A DNA stretch of 64,000 nt from an uncultured cyanobacterium. Its GTDB lineage: Bacteria > Cyanobacteriota > Cyanobacteriia > PCC-9006 > JAAUQQ01. Positions 40,410 to 50,626 of this stretch are shown in pieces. Every line of letters begins with the position of its first letter. Within the stretch, counting starts at the first letter, position 1. The notes beneath the pieces were generated by a model, which saw nothing but the letters and a program-made list of their open reading frames with translations, made no database searches and was not told the DNA's origin. Location of the stretch: NCBI GenBank assembly GCA_963718615.1, contig OY970368.1, forward strand, positions 1,419,287 through 1,483,286. The letters are read 5' to 3'. A program made the position numbers and the translations under genes.

Positions 40410-42959
40410 ATGACCCCTCCCAGCCCCCTCCCCAACTGGAAGCAACTTCACCAGGCTTTGGCCGTTGAAGCCGAGCGGGGATTTAACAATCTCAAGGGCA
40501 ATCGTTATTGGTTTAATGAGTTTTTGGCGCTCAGTTTTCAGCAACTGCCGGAGCAGTTTTCGGCGGCGGATCAGGCCCGCTGGGGGGAGATGGGCGATCG
40601 CTTCGCGGCCTACCCCGAGCTTACCTTTGCCCAGCGGCAGCATTTAATTGCGGAGACTCGCCGCACGCTTTACCAGTTGCGCAAGATCTACGAGCTGGGG
40701 ACTGGGACTGGGGATTCTAGGGTAGCTGATGGTTCTGGGATTCCCTTGGCGGGACGGGCGATCGCCTCCGAGAACAAAGCCAAAAAAACTCAAAAAACGA
40801 AAAAGCCCAAGACAACGCCTTTGGTTAGCCCCAATCAAAATTTGGGCGGTCCGGCCATCGACCTGGAAATTCCCCTCACCCAGCTCAACGGTATCGGTCC
40901 TAAGAACGGCGAAAAACTAGCTCGGCTAGGGTTATGGACCGTGCGAGATTTGCTGTTTTACTATCCCCGCGACCATCTGGACTATGCCAAGCAGGTCAAT
41001 ATTCGTGAACTTGAACCGGGAGAAATGGCGACGCTGATTGCGACGGTGAAGCGCTGCAACTGTTTTACTAGCCCTCGGAATCATAAATTGACGATTTTTG
41101 ATCTGGTGGTGCGGGACCATTCGGGACAAATTAAGCTGAGTCGGTTTTATGCAGGCCATCGATTTTCCAGTCGCGGCTGGCAAGAGCAGCAAAAGCGCAT
41201 GTATCCGCCGGGGGCGACGATCGCGGCTTCGGGGATGGTCAAGCAGGGCAAGTATGGCGTGACGTTGGAGGATCCGGAGATCGAAGTCTTGGACCACAGC
41301 GGCGGTCGGATCGAATCCCTCAAAATTGGCCGAGTCGTGCCGGTCTATTCACTGACAGAAGGAATTGGGGCGGACTTGGTACGGCGGGCAGTGATTGCGG
41401 CATTGCCCTCGGCCCAGTCTCTCAAGGACGCTTTACCCAAAGGGTTGCGGGAGAAATATGGATTGGTGGGGTTGGCGGAGGCGATCGCCCAAATCCACTA
41501 TCCCGACGATGCCGACCATCTCCAAGCCGCCCGCCGCCGCTTGGTGTTTGACGAATTCTTCTATTTACAACTGGGCCTGCTTAAACGCCGCGCCCGCAAT
41601 CGTCAGGAACAAACCAGCATTGTCCTGGTGCCGACGGGAAAATTAATCGAGCAGTTCTATGAGCTGTTGCCCTTTGAGTTTACCGGGGCACAGCGGCGGG
41701 TGGTCAATGCCATTTTGACGGATTTGCAACAGCCCGTGCCGATGAACCGACTGGTCCAGGGGGACGTGGGTTCAGGTAAAACCGTGGTGGCGGTGGTGGC
41801 ACTGCTGGCGGCGATCCAGACGGGATACCAAGGGGCCTTTATGGCTCCCACGGAAGTTTTGGCTGAGCAGCACTATCGCAAACTGGTGGAATGGTTTAAC
41901 CCGCTGAATCTGCCGGTGGAGTTGCTCACGGGCTCGACCAAAACCGCTAAACGGCGGGAAATCCATCGTCAGCTCGAAACTGGCGAACTGCCCTTACTTG
42001 TGGGCACCCATGCTCTAATCCAGGATCCGGTCCAGTTTAATCGCCTAGGTCTCGCGGTGATCGACGAACAGCATCGCTTCGGCGTCGCCCAACGGGCCAA
42101 GCTCCAACAAAAGGGCGACAATCCCCACGTCCTGACGATGACTGCTACGCCCATTCCCCGAACCCTGGCCCTGACACTCCATGGGGATCTCGATGTAAGT
42201 CAAATTGATGAATTGCCCCCCGGTCGCCAAGCCATTCAAACGACGGTGCTGAGCAGTAGCGATCGCCAGCAAGCCTACGATCTGATGCGTCGGCAAATTG
42301 CCCAGGGCCGCCAAGTCTATGTGGTCTTACCGCTGGTGGAAGAATCAGAAAAGCTGGATTTGAAATCGGCGATCGAAGAACATCAAATTCTTCAAGACAG
42401 TGTTTTTCCTGAATTCAAAGTGGGGTTGCTCCATGGACGCATGAGCTCGGTGGAAAAAGATGAAGCGATTCAAGCCTTTCGCGATCGCCACACCCACCTC
42501 CTGGTCTCCACCACCGTCGTCGAGGTCGGCGTCGATATTCCCAATGCCACGGTGATGCTGATCGAACATGCGGAGCGGTTTGGTCTTTCTCAACTGCACC
42601 AGTTGCGGGGGCGCGTCGGGCGAGGAGCCTCCCAGTCCTACTGTTTATTAATGAGTGCCTCCAAAAACGAAACTGCCCAGCAACGGCTCAAGGTCATGGA
42701 GCAATCCCAGGACGGCTTTTTTATCTCGGAAATGGATATGCGCTTTCGCGGACCCGGCCAAGTGCTAGGCACTCGCCAATCGGGCCTCCCAGACTTTGCT
42801 CTCGCCAGCCTGGTGGACGACCAGGAAGTTCTAGAAATGGCGCGGATGGCGGCGGAGAAGGCGATCGAAAAGGACGAAACCCTAGCCCGCTGGCCGTTAA
42901 TGCAGGCGGAACTGACCTATCGCTATAAGCGACTCATGGGTGGCGCGATTTTGACCTAG
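40410..42959 (+). CDS. recG: ATP-dependent DNA helicase RecG (with N-terminal extension)
   Basis: Wedge domain. Helicase motifs I GDVGSGKT, II DEQHRFG, TAT. C-terminal helicase domain HGRM ... LRGRVGRG. Confidence 0.9.
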   Translation: MTPPSPLPNWKQLHQALAVEAERGFNNLKGNRYWFNEFLALSFQQLPEQFSAADQARWGEMGDRFAAYPELTFAQRQHLIAETRRTLYQLRKIYELGTGTGDSRVADGSGIPLAGRAIASENKAKKTQKTKKPKTTPLVSPNQNLGGPAIDLEIPLTQLNGIGPKNGEKLARLGLWTVRDLLFYYPRDHLDYAKQVNIRELEPGEMATLIATVKRCNCFTSPRNHKLTIFDLVVRDHSGQIKLSRFYAGHRFSSRGWQEQQKRMYPPGATIAASGMVKQGKYGVTLEDPEIEVLDHSGGRIESLKIGRVVPVYSLTEGIGADLVRRAVIAALPSAQSLKDALPKGLREKYGLVGLAEAIAQIHYPDDADHLQAARRRLVFDEFFYLQLGLLKRRARNRQEQTSIVLVPTGKLIEQFYELLPFEFTGAQRRVVNAILTDLQQPVPMNRLVQGDVGSGKTVVAVVALLAAIQTGYQGAFMAPTEVLAEQHYRKLVEWFNPLNLPVELLTGSTKTAKRREIHRQLETGELPLLVGTHALIQDPVQFNRLGLAVIDEQHRFGVAQRAKLQQKGDNPHVLTMTATPIPRTLALTLHGDLDVSQIDELPPGRQAIQTTVLSSSDRQQAYDLMRRQIAQGRQVYVVLPLVEESEKLDLKSAIEEHQILQDSVFPEFKVGLLHGRMSSVEKDEAIQAFRDRHTHLLVSTTVVEVGVDIPNATVMLIEHAERFGLSQLHQLRGRVGRGASQSYCLLMSASKNETAQQRLKVMEQSQDGFFISEMDMRFRGPGQVLGTRQSGLPDFALASLVDDQEVLEMARMAAEKAIEKDETLARWPLMQAELTYRYKRLMGGAILT

Positions 42960-43771
42960 GGGCAGAAGCAACGTCAAAACCATAAAAAACCTTATTTTCT
43001 GTTTAAGCTTACGCATAGTGACGAATGCAACAATTCGTCGTTATCTAAGTAGTAAAAAAAGTTTTGTGCTCTTAACTACAAGAGGTTTTTTGGCTTGATA
43101 TTCCGAGATCTAGAGTTCTGTCTTTTTTCAGTAAGGTTCGTTTTTGTACCGCGAAACCCTCATGTTATTCGGATGTCAAAAACGAATAAATACTCGTGTT
43201 TTAAGCATCTGTTTCAATGCGTCGAAATTTAAGATAAAGCTTCGATAAAATCTCCTGCTATCCCCTCTCGATTTAGGGAGAATTAAACAGCGAAAAGAGT
43301 TTCTCGATGCGCTTACTCAATGCGCTTGTTTAATTCGTCTCTCCGCTTGAATTACGTTTTAATCATGCTCCGTACTGTGCTACCCTTCCTGCTCAAATTT
43401 TGAACTCAGCTCATCTTGAATCCACTCTGTTCAATATTGAGTTCAACATTCATTTGAAGTTTGCTCTGAACTCCGGTCTGTGCTTTTTGTGCCCAAAAAA
43501 CCTTTACCTATGCCTGAATTAATCTCTGTTATTCAAGCTCCTGTCACTCGACCTGCTGTCATTCAAGTTGCTTTCACTCAAGCTGAGCGATCGCCCCCTA
43601 AGCCATCCCCGACAGGCCATACATTCTTTGAAACAACCCAAATCCCTAATCCTCACCCTCCAACTGCTGATGAAGTAAAACACAGCGTAACCGATCAAGA
43701 GACAACCCCAGTGGCCAAATTGGCTATAAGTTAGAAAAACTGCAATCCGCAATCTATGTGCCTATAAGGCT

Positions 43772-45238
43772 TTGTGCTTGGAGATTATCCTAATGCCAGC
43801 CCGGACTCGAAATCGGTTTACATTAAACCGTTCTAATCCTTTTCTACCCACCTCTTCCTCGGTCCCATCGCGATCGCGACACCCTCGGGCACAAAATCCA
43901 TCGGTGAGGGACCATCGTGCATCGACCCCAACCGCCCCACCCACCCAGACGGCTCCCGAGGGAGAGAATGATCCCTGGTCGCCTTCCTTGGAGGCGGTGC
44001 TGGAGCAACCCCCCTCTCAACTGCCACTCTTTTTAACCCTTGGCGGATTGCTCTTTATCAGCGCCTTTGGAGCCTGGAGCTGGTTGGGTCAGTTTGATGA
44101 AATTGGCCACGCTCAGGGACGTTTGGTCCCCCAAGGAGAACTGTATAAAATTCACTCCTCAGAGGCAGGAAAAATCGTTTCTTTAGCCGTGAAGGAGGGC
44201 GATACCGTCAAAGAGGGAGACCTCATCGCCGTTCTGGATAACGATCTAGCCAAAGTTGAGTTGGAACGGCTCCGGCAGGCTAGCCAAAGCCTAGAACTTC
44301 AGCTTTTACAACAAAAGGATTTGATGGGAAAACTGCAACTGGAGCTGCAAAGTCGGCAGTTTATCAACGATGCAGATGTACAGGCCCAGCGGGTTGCCAT
44401 CGCCCAAGCGGCGCTCAAGGTCGAGACCTCTTTGGGTCTCTTCCAACAATCCCAAGTGGATTTGGACAGCTATCGTGAGCGCATCAATCGCATTGAGCCC
44501 TTGGTCGCAGAAGGGGCGATCGCCCGAGAGCGCCTGTTCGATATCGAACAACAAATGCGCGATCGCCAAAGTAATGTGATTCAAAACCAAGGCGGTGTCG
44601 CCCAGGCGCAAACTGAGGTTCAGCAGCTCAAGGCGTTGCTGGATCAGCGAATGGCGGAGGGGCAACGCAGCGTTTTTGAAGGGCAGCAGCAGTTGCAAAG
44701 CCTGATTCTGCAAATCACGCAGCTTCAGGGTAAGCTACAGGAGAATGAAACCCTACTGCGCAGTGCCCAGACTCGGTTTCAGCAATATTTTTTGCATGCG
44801 CCGGTCAGCGGCATTGTTTCGTCCCTCGCCATCAAAAATCCCGGTGAGGTGATTCAGCCGGGACAAACCCTGCTTGAAATGCGTTCCAGCGATGATCCTT
44901 TGGTTCTCGAAGCCGCACTCAACAGTCGAGAAGCGGGGTTTGTGAAAGTGGGAATGCCAGTCAAGATCAAGTTTGATGCCTATCCCTATCAAAAGTTTGG
45001 GGTCATTTCTGGCAAGGTTGTCTTCACCTCACCCGACAGTGAAATTGATCCCCAGCTTGGGGCAATTTATCGCATCAAGGTCCAGCTCGAACGCAACTAT
45101 ATTTTGTCTGAAGAACAGAAGGTTGAGTTTAAAGCAGGCCAAACGGCGATCGCGGATATTGTCATTCGTCGCCGCCGAATCATCGATATTCTGCTGGAAC
45201 CGATTCAGCAGTTGCGTCAAAATAGTGGAGCATCTTAG
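43772..45238 (+). CDS. HlyD-family membrane fusion protein (type I secretion / PCAT adaptor)
   Basis: N-terminal TM anchor, long coiled-coil, C-terminal beta-domain YRIKVQLE ...; the ATG at 43793 is a possible alternative start. Confidence 0.85.
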   Translation: MCLEIILMPARTRNRFTLNRSNPFLPTSSSVPSRSRHPRAQNPSVRDHRASTPTAPPTQTAPEGENDPWSPSLEAVLEQPPSQLPLFLTLGGLLFISAFGAWSWLGQFDEIGHAQGRLVPQGELYKIHSSEAGKIVSLAVKEGDTVKEGDLIAVLDNDLAKVELERLRQASQSLELQLLQQKDLMGKLQLELQSRQFINDADVQAQRVAIAQAALKVETSLGLFQQSQVDLDSYRERINRIEPLVAEGAIARERLFDIEQQMRDRQSNVIQNQGGVAQAQTEVQQLKALLDQRMAEGQRSVFEGQQQLQSLILQITQLQGKLQENETLLRSAQTRFQQYFLHAPVSGIVSSLAIKNPGEVIQPGQTLLEMRSSDDPLVLEAALNSREAGFVKVGMPVKIKFDAYPYQKFGVISGKVVFTSPDSEIDPQLGAIYRIKVQLERNYILSEEQKVEFKAGQTAIADIVIRRRRIIDILLEPIQQLRQNSGAS

Positions 45239-45305
45239 ATAGCTTTGTTTTGCCCAGACTTTAACGGTTTTGATATTGAAGTATCACTCAGGTTGTACTC
45301 AGAAC

Positions 45306-45782
45306 ATGACGAACTCTACATACTCCCGCTCTTCCTATTCCCAGACTTCCTACAGTCATGGATCAAAGGAGGATAAGGCATTTAACGAACAGGCGTTTTC
45401 AGATATTGTCGCGGCGATTTCTGAGGGGAAATATTCCTGGGCCTGTGTGCTGATTCTGCGGTTTGCAGGCTATAATCCCCTCCATTACATTCCCTATCGT
45501 ACCTATAACCGGATTTTGAAGGCCAATATGAACTTTCGCAGCAAACCCATGCGAAATGAAATTCGGGGTGAAATTCGAGGGACGCAAGCAGCAAATCAAA
45601 TGGCTTCCCATGGGTCTGTACATTCGGATATTCAGCCCATAAATCAGCCCCTATCTCAATCTGTGAATCCACCGATGAGCGCCTGTCATATCTCAGACTT
45701 ATCCCATCTTGATGTGCCTTCTGAGGAGGAAAAGCAAACGGTTCAAGGGGGACAAGGATTGCGTTGGTGGTTTCCGTTTTAG
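45306..45782 (+). CDS. hetP: HetP-family protein (heterocyst-commitment protein homologue)
   Basis: [34 protein letters not shown] is the signature HetP core. About 158 aa from the ATG at 45306. Confidence 0.8.
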   Translation: MTNSTYSRSSYSQTSYSHGSKEDKAFNEQAFSDIVAAISEGKYSWACVLILRFAGYNPLHYIPYRTYNRILKANMNFRSKPMRNEIRGEIRGTQAANQMASHGSVHSDIQPINQPLSQSVNPPMSACHISDLSHLDVPSEEEKQTVQGGQGLRWWFPF

Positions 45783-45784
45783 TA

Positions 45785-45811
45785 GTTTCTGTTCTAGTGG
45801 TTTCTGTTCTA
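45785..45811. repeat. 12-bp direct repeat gtttctgttcta x2 (3-bp spacer) between hetP-like stop and hetC-like start
   Basis: read directly. Confidence 0.6.
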
Positions 45812-45869
45812 ATCCTCGTTTGATTTAACTTCTGCCATTGTTTTGTCCATCCCTAGGGGAAGCAAAAAT

Positions 45870-48800
45870 ATGATCCAAGGCCTGAATTTGCTCAATTTTC
45901 AGAAGCCTTCCAGCCCTGCCCATCGCCAAATTTGTGAGCAAGCGATCGCCCAGTGGTTAGCCCAAACGAGCTGTGATTTACAGTTGGCCGCTAAGCTGAA
46001 CCAAACGGTTGAATGGGCTGCTGTAGAGTTGGGGACGGTGATTTTAGAAGGACAAACCCAGCCGCAGTTTGCCTCGCCGGAGGAGGCGGCGGTTTATTGG
46101 GTGGTGCAGGGCCGAGTGCGGATTTTGTGTCCCAGTGGTTCACGGCGAGAGGTGTCCGCTCAGGTGCTCGAAACGGGGGCGACGCTAAGTCAGGCAGCCC
46201 TGTGGATGGAATCCCCCCTTGCCTATCGGGCCGTAGCGGCAGGCAGCGGCTGGGTGGCGCGCATAGCCGCAAAAGAACTCAAGCCCTGGCTAGAGCAGTG
46301 GCCAGAGCTGGCAACGTTGCTGCGCCAAGAGGCCCAAACCCGAGACAATCTGATCTTTTTTAAGAGCCAGGTGTTTACAGAGGGGCGATCGCCCACCAGC
46401 TATCAGTTGCAAAAGCTACTGGAAAATCTGGAAACCCAGGGAATAGGGCCGGGTCAATCCCTGCAAGCCTTGGAGGCAACGGATTATTACTGGTTGCGTC
46501 GAGGGTCTATCGGGCTGCGCAATCCTGACGCCCCTGACCATCCCACCCCACCCCAGCCGGGGCAGGGCTGGGGCTATCCAGCATCGGGAGCAGCCCATTG
46601 GGTCGCCCAAGAACCGCTGGTGATCTATCGGCTACCGCGCGATCGCTGGGCCGATATCCACAGTGTGGCCCCCGATATTTTGCCCTTTTGGCAACCGGTG
46701 GAAGGGGCGGAAGGCACAACTTCGACCTCAGAAGACGACTATCCCTCCGAGCAAACCCTCCATCGTCGACTGACGCGGCGACGCAATCAACGCCCCCACC
46801 AAACCCCACCGGCCATCGCGAGTCTTGCGGGGATCAGAGCTTCGAAGGCAGGAGCGGCCTCGACCCCCAACCCAACCCCAGCGGGGAGCGATCGCCGCCG
46901 CAGCGAACCCAATGTCGAATTTCCTACGCCCCGTCACCGTCCCCTAGGACATCGGCTCTGGCGTCGCTATCCGTTTATTGCTCAGCAAAGCGCGGCGGAT
47001 TGCGGTCCCACCTGTTTGGCCATGATTGCTCAGTATTGGGGACATCGGCTCAATCTCAATGTTCTGCGGGAAATGGCCTATGTGGGACGTTCGGGGGCAA
47101 CCATCAAAAACCTAGCGGGGGCCGCAGAAAAGGCCGGATTTGCCGCTCGACCCGTGCGGGCGAGTTTGAGCGTGTTGGCAGAACAACGGCTGCCTTGGGT
47201 GGCTCACTGGCAAGGGGATCACTACGTCGTGGTCTATCGGGTGCAGGGCGATCGCCTTTGGCTCGCCGATCCAGCGCGGGGTAAGCGCCAAATTTCCCGG
47301 CAGTTATTTCAGCGCAACTGGAGTGGCTATGCGCTGCTGTTGGAACCCACCGATCGGCTCAAACAATCGGAAGCGGCACAGAAAGCCTCCTTGGGACGAT
47401 TTTGGAAGGTCCTTTGGCCCTATCGATCGATTCTGGGCCAGATCATTTTGATCTCGCTGTTGATGCAGGTCTTTGGTCTGGTCAGTCCGATTTTTACCCA
47501 GGTTATTTTGGACCAGGTAGTGGTGCAAAAGAGTATTGATACCCTCAATATTTTTGCCTTGGGCGCGCTTCTATTTGGCGTATGGCGGATTGGGTTAGGT
47601 TCAGTTCGACAATATTTATTAGATTACTTCTCCAATCGACTGAATCTGACGCTGGTGAGTGCATTTGTCAATCATGCCTTGCGTCTACCCATGTCGTTTT
47701 TTGAGAATCGACAGGTCGGGGATATCATTACCCGAATTCAAGAAAATCGCAAAATTCAAGCTTTTTTAGTTCGGCAGGCGGTTTCTACTTGGTTAGATGC
47801 CACCATGGCCCTTGTTTACATGGGCCTCATGTTTTACTACAACGCCCAATTGGCCTGGTTAGTCTTAGCCTTGTTGCCGCCGATTATCCTGTTGACATTG
47901 GCTGCAACCCCTTTCTTAAAACAGCTCTCCCGTGAGGTATTTAACAAAGCGGCGGAACAGAATTCGTTGTTAGTGGAGATGCTGTCGGGCATTGCGACGG
48001 TCAAAGCCGCCGCAGCGGAGCAGGAAGTACGGTGGCGCTGGGAAGACCGTCTGACCCAATTGCTGAATATTCAATTTCAGGCTCAAAAGCTCACGAATTC
48101 CCTGCAAGTGGTGGGTGGAATTATCAATGCCGTCGGTGGTCTTGCCTTGCTGTGGTATGGTGCCAAACTGGTGATTCAAGACGAGCTCACCATTGGTCAA
48201 TTGATGGCATTTAATATGCTGATCGGCAATGTCATCGGTCCTGTATTAGCCTTGGTGGGGTTATGGGATGAATTTCAAGAGGTTTTGATTGCGGTCGAAC
48301 GATTGAATGATGTCTTAGAGACATCGCCTGAAGATTTTTCGGGGCAGCCAATGTTAATCTTGCCCCAAATCAAAGGAGAAGTGCGCTTTGAAGATGTAAC
48401 GTTTCGCTATGATGCGGCAGCGGATCGCAATATTTTGCAGAATGTTTCGTTCACGATTCAGTCCGGTGAAACGGTGGCGTTGGTTGGTCGAAGTGGGTCT
48501 GGAAAAACGACACTCATTAAGTTGTTGCAAGGCATGTACCATCCCACCAATGGACGCATTTTGATCGACGGTCATGATATTGCACGGGTGTCACCCAATT
48601 CTTTGCGATCGCAAATGGGAGTGGTCCCCCAGGAATCCTTCTTATTCTCGGGCACCATTCTAGAAAATATTCAGCTTTATCGGGATGACTACAGTCTGGC
48701 GGAAGCGGTCGAAGTGGCTAAACTAGCTGAGGCCCATAGCTTTATCCAGGAGTTACCCATGGGCTATTCCACTAAAGTCGGTGAACGTGGGGCAAATCTT

Positions 48801-49106
48801 TCAGGGGGACAACGTCAGCGGGTGGCGATCGCCCGTGCCCTACTGGGAGATCCGGCCATTTTGCTGCTGGATGAAGCCACCAGTGCGCTTGACACGGAGT
48901 CCGAACGTCGTTTTCAGCAAAATCTGGCCCATATTAGTCAAGGCAGAACCACATTTATTATTGCCCACCGTCTTTCAACGGTTCGGAACGCCGATCGGAT
49001 CTTGGTCCTCGACAAGGGAATCGTCGTCGAACAGGGGAATCATGAGTCCCTAGTTGCCCAGCGAGGGCTTTACTATCACCTGGCCCAACAGCAGCTTGAA
49101 CTGTAG
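45870..49106 (+). CDS. hetC: HetC-like peptidase-C39 ABC exporter (N-terminal cNMP-binding-like region, C39 peptidase, ABC TMD, NBD)
   Basis: C39 Cys motif QQSAADCGPTCLAMIAQYWG; six TM helices; Walker A GRSGSGKTT; signature LSGGQRQR; Walker B LLLDEATSALD; about 330-aa N-terminal extension. Confidence 0.85.
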   Translation: MIQGLNLLNFQKPSSPAHRQICEQAIAQWLAQTSCDLQLAAKLNQTVEWAAVELGTVILEGQTQPQFASPEEAAVYWVVQGRVRILCPSGSRREVSAQVLETGATLSQAALWMESPLAYRAVAAGSGWVARIAAKELKPWLEQWPELATLLRQEAQTRDNLIFFKSQVFTEGRSPTSYQLQKLLENLETQGIGPGQSLQALEATDYYWLRRGSIGLRNPDAPDHPTPPQPGQGWGYPASGAAHWVAQEPLVIYRLPRDRWADIHSVAPDILPFWQPVEGAEGTTSTSEDDYPSEQTLHRRLTRRRNQRPHQTPPAIASLAGIRASKAGAASTPNPTPAGSDRRRSEPNVEFPTPRHRPLGHRLWRRYPFIAQQSAADCGPTCLAMIAQYWGHRLNLNVLREMAYVGRSGATIKNLAGAAEKAGFAARPVRASLSVLAEQRLPWVAHWQGDHYVVVYRVQGDRLWLADPARGKRQISRQLFQRNWSGYALLLEPTDRLKQSEAAQKASLGRFWKVLWPYRSILGQIILISLLMQVFGLVSPIFTQVILDQVVVQKSIDTLNIFALGALLFGVWRIGLGSVRQYLLDYFSNRLNLTLVSAFVNHALRLPMSFFENRQVGDIITRIQENRKIQAFLVRQAVSTWLDATMALVYMGLMFYYNAQLAWLVLALLPPIILLTLAATPFLKQLSREVFNKAAEQNSLLVEMLSGIATVKAAAAEQEVRWRWEDRLTQLLNIQFQAQKLTNSLQVVGGIINAVGGLALLWYGAKLVIQDELTIGQLMAFNMLIGNVIGPVLALVGLWDEFQEVLIAVERLNDVLETSPEDFSGQPMLILPQIKGEVRFEDVTFRYDAAADRNILQNVSFTIQSGETVALVGRSGSGKTTLIKLLQGMYHPTNGRILIDGHDIARVSPNSLRSQMGVVPQESFLFSGTILENIQLYRDDYSLAEAVEVAKLAEAHSFIQELPMGYSTKVGERGANLSGGQRQRVAIARALLGDPAILLLDEATSALDTESERRFQQNLAHISQGRTTFIIAHRLSTVRNADRILVLDKGIVVEQGNHESLVAQRGLYYHLAQQQLEL

Positions 49107-49279
49107 CCAGCCTCCGGGTCTCGAGGGCCGCTAGAACTTCTTGAGATTCTTGGGTCTTGGAGTATCAACTTCTGCTCCATATCACTGGACGCTAAAAATT
49201 TAAGCCAAATTGGCAACATCTATCTTCCTTTCTTCGATTCAATGGGATCTGAGGGAATAGCCTCGTAGGAGGAAAACCG

Positions 49280-50380
49280 ATGTTACGCCAGATTACTAAT
49301 ATCAGTCTATTGGGAAACCAATCGGGAACCCAAGGGGAAAACCAAGGGGAGGTTGGGGCGATCGCCAGGGGTCTTGAGATGACCCTCGAAGACGGGCAAG
49401 ACTGGAATGGAGATGGTTGGAACGATATTCAGGTAACACTCAATCTCACCCCTGGAAATAGCGCTGAGTTGGGGACCCAAGATGGTACCCAGGAGTATCC
49501 CTTTCAAGAAATCACAAGCATTGCCTTTAGACTCGCTAACGGGAAGTTGGCAGGTCTCCAAATCATCGAACCATCCCCCCTAGCGGAGTCAAATCTAAAT
49601 GAACCGTGGCTCCCCCCGCAGGATTACGAGGTTTGGATTCCCCTTAGCCAACCCGGAGTTGAAGATGGCGGAGTCCAAGCATTTAGCATGGTCTTCAGTC
49701 TGCCGAGTGATGGAGAGCAAATGGGGCAAGATTTGGATGCCCTGACACTGCTTCAGGATAGTCGCTGGCTCGTTCAAACCTATGGAACCCAGTCAGAATG
49801 GATCGCGGTGGAGACCCATTCTTTTCAATTAGATCTACTCGATTCGTCTGAATCTGAAAACTCCCTTGATGCTGACAGGATAGATTTAGATCCTGAGACG
49901 GAACCTACTGATTCTGTCTTGAATCCCGAACCCAATCTTGAATCCATGCTTGATCCGGTTACAAATTTTTCTGACCCTAATAGTAACCTCAATAGCAACA
50001 TTGCAGAGAATGAGACCTTAGTCGGTGGATCTGCTTTAACATTGGGTCCAGAGGATCAGGTTGAGATTACCATTACACCCAATCTGGACGGAACGATTCC
50101 CTTTCCCCAACCGACCCTCTCCTTTACCGAGCTACCGGGTTGGCAAATCTTTCAAAATATTTGGACAACTGTTGCATCGAGCCAGCCTGAGATTAATCAA
50201 TTTACCATTATTGACCATATCGATGGCGGCATCCGAAGTGTTGGATATTACGGCATTTCCAATCGTTCAGGTGAAGTCTTCATTGGTGGGAATACCCTCA
50301 GAGGCGTTTTTACAGAGACTTCACAGGATGATAGCGGCTCTTTTTCCTATTCACTTTCCGTTTCTTCAACCTTTCGATAA
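49280..50380 (+). CDS. hypothetical acidic protein, no signal peptide (possible secretion substrate)
   Basis: 366-aa ORF, D/E/S/N-rich, between the exporter and the RTX gene; no family recognised. Confidence 0.4.
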   Translation: MLRQITNISLLGNQSGTQGENQGEVGAIARGLEMTLEDGQDWNGDGWNDIQVTLNLTPGNSAELGTQDGTQEYPFQEITSIAFRLANGKLAGLQIIEPSPLAESNLNEPWLPPQDYEVWIPLSQPGVEDGGVQAFSMVFSLPSDGEQMGQDLDALTLLQDSRWLVQTYGTQSEWIAVETHSFQLDLLDSSESENSLDADRIDLDPETEPTDSVLNPEPNLESMLDPVTNFSDPNSNLNSNIAENETLVGGSALTLGPEDQVEITITPNLDGTIPFPQPTLSFTELPGWQIFQNIWTTVASSQPEINQFTIIDHIDGGIRSVGYYGISNRSGEVFIGGNTLRGVFTETSQDDSGSFSYSLSVSSTFR

Positions 50381-50626
50381 AGGAGTTTGGCAAAGTAATT
50401 TAATAAGGGCATTAAGTAAAGAAATCACGTTAAACCAACAAAGTATTATCGTTTAATTGCTCGGCTTGATTAGAACTTGATTGGCATTTTGGCATCCTTT
50501 TTGTTAACGAGGCAACTATCGTGGGTCTATGTAATTTGGCCCATTCTCTGGATTCTGTCCTTTTGTTATACCTGCAAAAAACTGCAGCAGACAATCCAGA
50601 GCCATCGTTTTTAGGAGCAATGATCT

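Noticed and set aside
43480-43734. Small 74-84 aa ORF upstream of hlyD as a double-glycine-leader precursor peptide for the C39 exporter
   Set aside because: It has no GG/GA leader motif and uses a GTG alternative start. Its internal DNA repeats suggest it is non-coding regulatory sequence.
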